Origin: an uncultured Clostridia bacterium
Lineage (GTDB): Bacteria; Bacillota; Clostridia; Christensenellales; Borkfalkiaceae
Direction of reading: 5' to 3'
Assembly: GCA_947090365.1 (NCBI GenBank)
Contig: CAMUNT010000002.1
Coordinates: 3,750 to 67,749, forward strand
DNA length: 64,000 nt
Both the position numbers and the translations under genes were made by a program. The notes beneath the pieces are model-generated. The model saw nothing but the letters and a program-made list of their open reading frames with translations, searched no databases and was not told where the DNA came from. The number at the start of each line of letters is the position of its first letter. Within the stretch, counting starts at the first letter, position 1. Below are positions 58,523 to 64,000 of the stretch, in pieces.

Positions 58523-58551
58523 TTGACAATAATCTTAGTTTAAAATATAAT
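58523..58551 (+). promoter_or_regulatory. Consensus promoter upstream of tRNA-Thr
   Basis: TTGACA (58523-58528), 17 nt, TATAAT (58546-58551). A second, weaker TTGACA-16-TATACA lies at 58570-58597. Confidence 0.6.
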
Positions 58552-58628
58552 ATTCAAGTAATCAAAATATTGACAAGCCGATTTCAGTGATTATACAGCA
58601 AAGAAACGGTAATGTCAAGGTAATATTT

Positions 58629-58704
<76 letters not shown>

Positions 58705-58708
58705 AACG

Positions 58709-58737
58709 AAAAACCACCGTATTCGGTGGTTTTTTTG
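58709..58737. terminator. Bidirectional terminator (tRNA-Thr / repeat lipoprotein gene)
   Basis: AAACCACCG-tatt-CGGTGGTTT, followed by T7. Confidence 0.85.
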
Positions 58738-58739
58738 CT

Positions 58740-61106
58740 TCAAATTGTTCCTCCTTCAGTCCAGAATGTTTGTGGTATTCCCACTTTTTGTCCGTCTATC
58801 TCTACTTCGCCCAATAAATACCTACGAGTTATCTCGTAATCGTCGAGCACGCCGTTATTCCACAAATACTCTATTACATTATGATATTCATATAGTTCAC
58901 CATAACTGTATCTACATTCCACAGTGTGCGTAAATTCATGTAAACAAGTTTCAATTAATATTTCCCAATGAATCTCTGTTGTTTCATCTCCTTGCATTAC
59001 TTTTTCAGCATATATTTTATTAAAAAATGCACCTTCCATAAAGTATTCTAAATATACACAACCTCGTTTACCCCAACCCAATCCTCTGACTGCTGGTTCT
59101 TTGAACTCAAAATCATTATCGTTCATATCAAATAATGCTAAAAGGCTGTCATACTTAGTGCACAGATGCTTTACTTCTTTCATACGAATAGGATCAAGCA
59201 TATGGGAATATAAAAAATCTTCTTCGTCTAATACTTCGGTAGTAAAATAAGAGTCTACCTCAAACTTTACTTTACCGGCAAACCAATTATTTAAATAGGT
59301 TGATATTCTTCCCGCAATTTGCTTGCACAAAATTCGCTCCGGCATAGGTATTTTATATTGCACTCGTTTATATGTATTATTATCATTCCGTAGAGATAAT
59401 GTAGCATCAATCTCATCAACAACCACAATAAGCAACTTAAAAACTATCGTATCATCATCAGGATCTGACCAACGTGCATACAGCGTATCCGTTTCAAGCG
59501 TTACTGTATTATATCCGTACATTAACCCGCCTTCATCGTCCGTAACCCTTATTGTATAGTTTTTATCAGCATACCAACCAACGAAATCCAACCCTTGTTT
59601 ATGTGGAACAACAAATATACTTGCTTTCGGATTATCTCGTTTCACAGTAACAAATTGCACATTAGCATTAGATGTCGCGCCACAGTAATCATAACGGAAA
59701 ATTTTTTCTTTAAGCTCAAAATGGGCAGTCATTGTAAAATCTTCCTGCAAATCCTTTTCACTTCGCTCCGATATTGTCATACAGTCCGACCATCCCGCAA
59801 AAACGTAACCATTTTCTGCTATCGCTTTTACTACTGTTGTATCACCACCTTTTTTCACATATTGTTTTGCTTCTCCTTCAATATGTCCGCCAATTACGTT
59901 GTTTACTTTATAATTAATTTCAAGCCCTTTTACAAAATATGCCTTAACTTTTATATCATATTGTTTGCTGTCTACTCTCGTAGGCGTCTTTAATCCGTCA
60001 GACCACCCATTAAAAAAGTAACCCTCATTCGGTACTGCTGTTACCTCAGTTCCCGAATCACCACGTTGTACCCGCTGTATCGCATTCCCTTCGATTTGAC
60101 CGCCTTCTGTCGTTGCTATGTCATATTCATAAGTGAATACAAATTTCCAAAAATATGCCTCGATATTTTTGTTTGCCACTACGTTTATATCTGTTCTGCT
60201 AGGTGTTTCAAGCCCATCTGACCAACGATAAAAAGCCCAATCTTCATGTTTTGATATTGCTGTTACCGTAGTACCATTATTGCCCTTTATTACGCTTTGG
60301 GTCGATTCGCCCTGTATATAGCCATAATCACTATTGCTTACCGTATATGTAAGTTCATATCTCGGTAATCGGTCAAAGTATGCAGTAATTACTTTATTTT
60401 CAACTACTGACTTGTCTTGTCTTGATGAAGACATAAAACCATCTGACCATTTTGCAAAGGCATAACCATCTTCTGCATCCGCTTTAACAGAAGTACCATT
60501 ACCAAACTCAAGTATTGACTGTTCGGTATCGCCCTCTATACGTCCGCCCGTTCCGGCTGTGTATATAAGCGTATAATACTTGAGCGGTGCGAATTCTGCC
60601 GTTACTTTTATATCTCTTGTTATATTTGTATCTTGTCTTTTTGCTGTCGTAATCCCGTCTGACCATTTGACGAACTTATAGCCTTCATCAGCTATCGCTG
60701 TAACTACTGATCCACCAGTAAACTCTAATACCGATTGCTCATTCTCCCCCTCTATAAATCCGCCCGTTCCGGCACTGTATACAAGCGTATAATACTTGAG
60801 AGGTGCGAATTCTGCCGTTACTCTTATATCGCTTGTTATATTTGTATCTCTTCTGTTCGCCGAAGTTATTCCGTCTGACCATTTAACAAACTTATAGCCT
60901 TCTTCTGCTATTGCTATTACATTCGTTCCACTTTCATTCTCAAATACAGTCTGTTCCGTTTCGCCTTCTATATGTCCGCCGATACTTGCTGCATATATTA
61001 ACTTATATGTCAACTTTTCCTCAGACTTATTGCAACCGACAAGCGCAGCCATACAAACAATTACTATTAATGCAAGCACTATTATTTTTAAACGTGATAT
61101 TTTCAC
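58740..61106 (-). CDS. 788-aa surface lipoprotein: 6-7 tandem Listeria-Bacteroides-type (InlB B-repeat/Flg_new-like) repeats plus a ~300-aa C-terminal domain with an HExxH motif
   Basis: Signal peptide ending LVGC (lipobox). Repeats of ~72 aa with GG.IEG...Q.V...G..VTA....GY.F..WSDG. C-terminal CLHEFTHTVE. GTG start at 61106; the SD AGGAGA is 13 nt away, so the start is uncertain. Confidence 0.8.
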   Translation of the reverse strand: MKISRLKIIVLALIVIVCMAALVGCNKSEEKLTYKLIYAASIGGHIEGETEQTVFENESGTNVIAIAEEGYKFVKWSDGITSANRRDTNITSDIRVTAEFAPLKYYTLVYSAGTGGFIEGENEQSVLEFTGGSVVTAIADEGYKFVKWSDGITTAKRQDTNITRDIKVTAEFAPLKYYTLIYTAGTGGRIEGDTEQSILEFGNGTSVKADAEDGYAFAKWSDGFMSSSRQDKSVVENKVITAYFDRLPRYELTYTVSNSDYGYIQGESTQSVIKGNNGTTVTAISKHEDWAFYRWSDGLETPSRTDINVVANKNIEAYFWKFVFTYEYDIATTEGGQIEGNAIQRVQRGDSGTEVTAVPNEGYFFNGWSDGLKTPTRVDSKQYDIKVKAYFVKGLEINYKVNNVIGGHIEGEAKQYVKKGGDTTVVKAIAENGYVFAGWSDCMTISERSEKDLQEDFTMTAHFELKEKIFRYDYCGATSNANVQFVTVKRDNPKASIFVVPHKQGLDFVGWYADKNYTIRVTDDEGGLMYGYNTVTLETDTLYARWSDPDDDTIVFKLLIVVVDEIDATLSLRNDNNTYKRVQYKIPMPERILCKQIAGRISTYLNNWFAGKVKFEVDSYFTTEVLDEEDFLYSHMLDPIRMKEVKHLCTKYDSLLALFDMNDNDFEFKEPAVRGLGWGKRGCVYLEYFMEGAFFNKIYAEKVMQGDETTEIHWEILIETCLHEFTHTVECRYSYGELYEYHNVIEYLWNNGVLDDYEITRRYLLGEVEIDGQKVGIPQTFWTEGGTI
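59699..61013 (-). repeat. In-frame tandem coding repeats, period ~216 nt. The first three copies are highly similar at the DNA level.
   Basis: For example, the blocks starting 60544 (CCGCCCGTTCCGGCTGTGTATATAAGCGTATAATACTTGAGCGGTGCGAATTCTGCCGTTAC) and 60760 (CCGCCCGTTCCGGCACTGTATACAAGCGTATAATACTTGAGAGGTGCGAATTCTGCCGTTAC) are 216 nt apart. Confidence 0.85.
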
Positions 61107-61210
61107 TTTTAATAATTTATTCTCCTGTTAAAATTTACCAAAAAACTATTCCATACACAGTATAACATATCGGATACCTTATTGCAAGCAGCAACTTTAT
61201 GCTCAAAAGT

Positions 61211-61242
61211 TAAAAAATAACGGCAGATTCACTCCGCCGTTA
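61211..61242 (-). terminator. Terminator of the rhodanese-rubredoxin operon
   Basis: TAACGGC...GCCGTTA stem, followed by T6 on the minus strand. Confidence 0.7.
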
Positions 61243-61249
61243 AATGCTA

Positions 61250-61405
61250 TTAAACTTGTGTAAATTGTTCTTTACCCACGAAGCACAAAGGACACTCAAA
61301 ATCTTCGGGTACGTTTTCCCATTTTGTTCCCGGCGCAATACCGCCTTCGGGATATCCTTGTTCTTCGTCGTATTCCCAATTACAGACTTCGCATATATAT
61401 TTCAT
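61250..61405 (-). CDS. Rubredoxin (51 aa), missing from the ORF track
   Basis: MKYICEVCNWEYDEEQGYPEGGIAPGTKWENVPEDFECPLCFVGKEQFTQV, with the canonical CxxC...CPxC iron ligands. SD AAGGAG. Confidence 0.9.
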   Translation of the reverse strand: MKYICEVCNWEYDEEQGYPEGGIAPGTKWENVPEDFECPLCFVGKEQFTQV

Positions 61406-61419
61406 ATTTTACTCCTTTT

Positions 61420-61716
61420 TTATTTTCTTATTGGTTTCAATCCTTTAATACCGCCTATATCTTTAACGTTGGAATAACCCATTTCCGTAAGCTGTTTTAA
61501 CGCCGTCCTGCTTCTTGCGCCGCTTTGACAATAGACATATAACGGCGTTGATAAATTTTTGACTTGTAAACGTATCTGCCCAAGCGTCTGTATCGGTATA
61601 TTGATACTGCCGTTTATATGTTGATCATCGTATTCTTCAAATGTGCGTACGTCCAGCAACACTGCATTTTTATCCTTTTTAAAAGCCTTTAATCCTTCAA
61701 CTATATCTTGCGCCAT
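61420..61716 (-). CDS. Rhodanese-domain sulfurtransferase (single domain)
   Basis: Active-site loop YCQSGARS. 98 aa. Confidence 0.88.
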   Translation of the reverse strand: MAQDIVEGLKAFKKDKNAVLLDVRTFEEYDDQHINGSINIPIQTLGQIRLQVKNLSTPLYVYCQSGARSRTALKQLTEMGYSNVKDIGGIKGLKPIRK

Positions 61717-61751
61717 ACTATAATTTTTTGCAAAAAACGCAAACTTAATGT

Positions 61752-62303
61752 ATGTGCGGAAGATTTCACTTTAACGGTAACGATAAAGACATACAAAAAA
61801 TCCTGGACAGTCTACCCGAAAGCGAGAAAAACGTTCAGATTAAATTCGGGGATATTTACCCTACCTATTACTTGCCCATAATAACGCAAGAGAAGCATCC
61901 CGTACTTTCAAAATGGGGATTTAACCGTTTCGACGGAAAAGGTGTTTTAATAAACGCACGTGCTGAAACCGTTACGGATAAAAAGACTTTCCGCAAAAGT
62001 TTTTCAGGGCGCAGATGTTTAATTCCTGCAAGCGGATTTTACGAGTGGGATTCGCAAAAGAATAAGCATTATTTCAAGCGTTCGGACGGCGAACTATTAT
62101 ATCTCGGCGGGTTCTATCGAAATGAGGACGGGGAAAACAGATTTATTATTCTAACAAAACAGTCCACTCCGCCGGTTGAAAATTACCATAACCGTATTCC
62201 TATTATCGTTAGCGAAAATATTAAAGATTATTATCTTAACGACACCGACTTTGCCCGTCATTTCATTTTAACGGATAACAAAGTAAAATTGAAATGCAAC
62301 TAA
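61752..62303 (+). CDS. SOS response-associated peptidase (SRAP/YedK/HMCES family), abasic-site DNA-protein crosslinking protein
   Basis: Invariant MCGRF N-terminus (catalytic Cys2), INARAET and GFYEW motifs. Confidence 0.9.
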   Translation: MCGRFHFNGNDKDIQKILDSLPESEKNVQIKFGDIYPTYYLPIITQEKHPVLSKWGFNRFDGKGVLINARAETVTDKKTFRKSFSGRRCLIPASGFYEWDSQKNKHYFKRSDGELLYLGGFYRNEDGENRFIILTKQSTPPVENYHNRIPIIVSENIKDYYLNDTDFARHFILTDNKVKLKCN

Positions 62304-62330
62304 AAAGGCGTACACAAAGGTACGCCTTTA
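62303..62330. terminator. Bidirectional terminator between the SRAP and polymerase genes
   Basis: AAAAGGCGTAC-acaaa-GGTACGCCTTT. It overlaps the polymerase stop codon. Confidence 0.75.
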
Positions 62331-63578
62331 TTTATTATTTTTGAAAAAGCTGTAAGGGTGAATGACGTGTTCTCCCTTTATATCCAAATCGCGCAGTTTC
62401 GGATCTTTGAACACGACCGCGCTCTGAATTATATTGTTGCCGTACTTAGCACGCAGCTTATCTATCGCGCTGTCAAGTCGCTTCTGCTTCTCGTCCTTTG
62501 CTATATCCTCAAACATATCGAGCTGCTCGTTACCCGTTATAAAGTCAGTTACGGAAATGCCGAGTCCTCTGACGTACTCGTTCCAGGGATATATTTCCTT
62601 GAACATCTTAAAAGCAAATCTTGCTATATCGTTCATATTGTTTGTATAACGCGGTAATTTGCCCTGCTTCTGATAGCCGAGCAATTTGCTGTCCCTAATA
62701 TAGAGGTGAAGCGTTCTCGCCTTGTTCAGTCCGGCTTCTCTCATACGCGAGGCAACCGAGTCGGCAAGCAGCCAAATTACTATTTCCACGTCGTCCTCGT
62801 TTTTTAAATCGCGGTATACGGTTAAGCTGTTGCCTATCGATTTTATCGCTTCTTCCTCGTTTACCGTAAGTACGGGCGATTCGTCTTTACCGTTGGCAAA
62901 CGTATGAATATAGCTCCCCCATTTACCGAGCAAATCCGTTAAAACCTTTTCCTCGGTCTGCGCGAGCTGTCCTATCGTTTTAATTCCTATACGGTTGAGC
63001 TTCCTTTGCGTGGCTCTGCCGACGTAAAGCAAATCTTCGACGGGCAGAGGCCATACTTTTTGTTTGTAGTTGTCAAGGGTTATTTCTGTTACGGCGTCGG
63101 GCTTTTTCATATCCGAGCCAAGCTTTGCAAATATCTTGTTCCAACTCACACCAATGCTTACCGTAAGTCCTATTTCACTCTTTATTCTCTCTCTTATCGC
63201 TTCGGCAATCTCTTTCCCACTGCCGAACGCTTTCACGCTCTTTGTTACGTCCAGCCAACATTCATCTATGCCGTAGGCTTCTATTCTGTCCGTATAGTCC
63301 CCGTAGATAGCGCGGACTTCCCTCGAGACGTTAAGATAAGTAATAAAATCGGCGGGTACTTCTATGAGTGTGTTCCCGCATTTTTGCTTGGCTTCCCAAT
63401 ACACGTCGCCAGTCTTTACGCCAAAGTTTTTAGCTATCATATTCTTCGCCAAAACGATACCGTGTCTGTCCTCTTTGCTACCGACCACAACGACGGGCTT
63501 ATCTCGTATTTCGGGGTTTCTCAAACACTCTACCGAAGCGTAAAAGTTATTCAAATCGCTGTGAAGTATCGTCCGCAT
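62328..63578 (-). CDS. Y-family DNA polymerase, UmuC/YqjW/UvrX-like subgroup
   Basis: ILHSDLNNFYASVECL matches the UmuC-type D-x-N-x-FYAS signature. Little-finger domain present. ATG at 63578 preferred (MRTILHSD...); the 35 extra codons in the ORF track are rejected. Confidence 0.88.
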   Translation of the reverse strand: MRTILHSDLNNFYASVECLRNPEIRDKPVVVVGSKEDRHGIVLAKNMIAKNFGVKTGDVYWEAKQKCGNTLIEVPADFITYLNVSREVRAIYGDYTDRIEAYGIDECWLDVTKSVKAFGSGKEIAEAIRERIKSEIGLTVSIGVSWNKIFAKLGSDMKKPDAVTEITLDNYKQKVWPLPVEDLLYVGRATQRKLNRIGIKTIGQLAQTEEKVLTDLLGKWGSYIHTFANGKDESPVLTVNEEEAIKSIGNSLTVYRDLKNEDDVEIVIWLLADSVASRMREAGLNKARTLHLYIRDSKLLGYQKQGKLPRYTNNMNDIARFAFKMFKEIYPWNEYVRGLGISVTDFITGNEQLDMFEDIAKDEKQKRLDSAIDKLRAKYGNNIIQSAVVFKDPKLRDLDIKGEHVIHPYSFFKNNK

Positions 63579-63606
63579 AAAAGTATTATGCGCAAAATAA
63601 AAAGGC

Positions 63607-63870
63607 TTACGACTGCCCCGTAAACCTTTCCACGAACCACCTGTTCGTCTGCTTATCCAGATAAATAATCTTTTCTCTGCCATTGATTATTACTCTATAC
63701 TTTCTTGTAAGCACTCCGCCCGTATGTTCGGGCGGGGCATTGCGTTCGTCTATTATTTTATCTATCTCGTACCGCGTTCCGTCCGTCCATTCGATTGCCA
63801 CAGGCTTCATAATTCCGTCTGTGCTGATTTTAAGATATGCCGAAACGTAAACCTTTTCGTAATTTACCAT
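63607..63870 (-). CDS. Small hypothetical protein (87 aa) immediately upstream of the Y-family polymerase. Positional analogue of YolD/YqjX-type accessory proteins.
   Basis: ORF ends 28 nt before the polymerase ATG. The family is not recognisable by eye. Start uncertain (ATG 63870 vs TTG 63909). A terminator hairpin at 63914-63938 precedes it. Confidence 0.5.
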   Translation of the reverse strand: MVNYEKVYVSAYLKISTDGIMKPVAIEWTDGTRYEIDKIIDERNAPPEHTGGVLTRKYRVIINGREKIIYLDKQTNRWFVERFTGQS

Positions 63871-64000
63871 ACGTTTAGTATTTACGTTTCCGAGCAAAAA
63901 TAACGGCAATTAAAAACACTTCCGTTTTACGGAAGTGTCCTTTTAAATGCTTTCTTCTTTTTTCGCTGATACGTGTGTTATTAGTTTATATATTAGGCAC

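Noticed and set aside
59699-61013. CRISPR-like or non-coding tandem repeat
   Set aside because: The 216-nt period is in-frame within a continuous ORF and encodes a recognisable protein repeat. There are no short-repeat/unique-spacer alternations anywhere in the window.
63006-63623. 205-aa plus-strand ORF inside the Y-family polymerase gene
   Set aside because: Shadow ORF. The polymerase motifs are all on the minus strand.
63633-63647. CGAAC-N5-GTTCG palindrome as a LexA (Cheo) box
   Set aside because: The spacer is 5 nt, not 4, and it lies inside a coding region. I kept it only as a note within the damage-cluster finding.

Overview
This 64-kb window looks like core chromosome from a low-GC, endospore-forming Firmicute (Clostridia-like). 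Evidence for that: sigH, yabP-yabQ-divIC, a SpoVB-like flippase and a CwlD-like amidase. It is densely packed and mostly minus-strand. I support about 62 protein genes, 2 tRNAs (Leu-CAG, Thr-GGU), one probable 6S-type RNA, and many sigma-A-type promoters and hairpin terminators readable by eye. Housekeeping blocks: gyrB-gyrA; serS; mrnC-rlmB-sigH-dnaX-ybaB-recR-gpsA-typA; rpsO-pnp; dGTPase-dnaG-rpoD-trmK-nif3-zinc ribbon; aroC-aroB-aroE-aroQ-aroK; dnaB-tsaC-LMW phosphatase-rpiB; pepF; lepB. I saw no CRISPR array, transposase, integrase, prophage or recognisable defence-system gene. The most unusual locus is the 583-nt rpsO/zinc-ribbon intergenic region (33.4-34.0 kb), which the ORF track does not explain. 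It holds a ~185-nt rod-shaped RNA on the plus strand (6S-like). Converging on it is a consensus-promoter-driven 23-codon hydrophobic ORF on the minus strand, whose Shine-Dalgarno (SD) sequence is locked in a strand-specific hairpin and whose transcript would be fully antisense to the RNA. That layout resembles a type I toxin-antitoxin or an antisense regulator of 6S. Other items worth a second look: two very large surface lipoproteins (1424 aa, doubly anchored; 788 aa with tandem 216-nt repeats plus an HExxH domain), apparently leaderless divergent genes at 8.8-8.9 kb, a split TauE/SafE exporter, unannotated small ORFs (rubredoxin, a Cys-rich 51-mer), an esterase-fold protein lacking its nucleophile serine, and an SRAP / UmuC-like polymerase / small-ORF damage-tolerance cluster. 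All family assignments come from motif recognition by eye. No searches were run.
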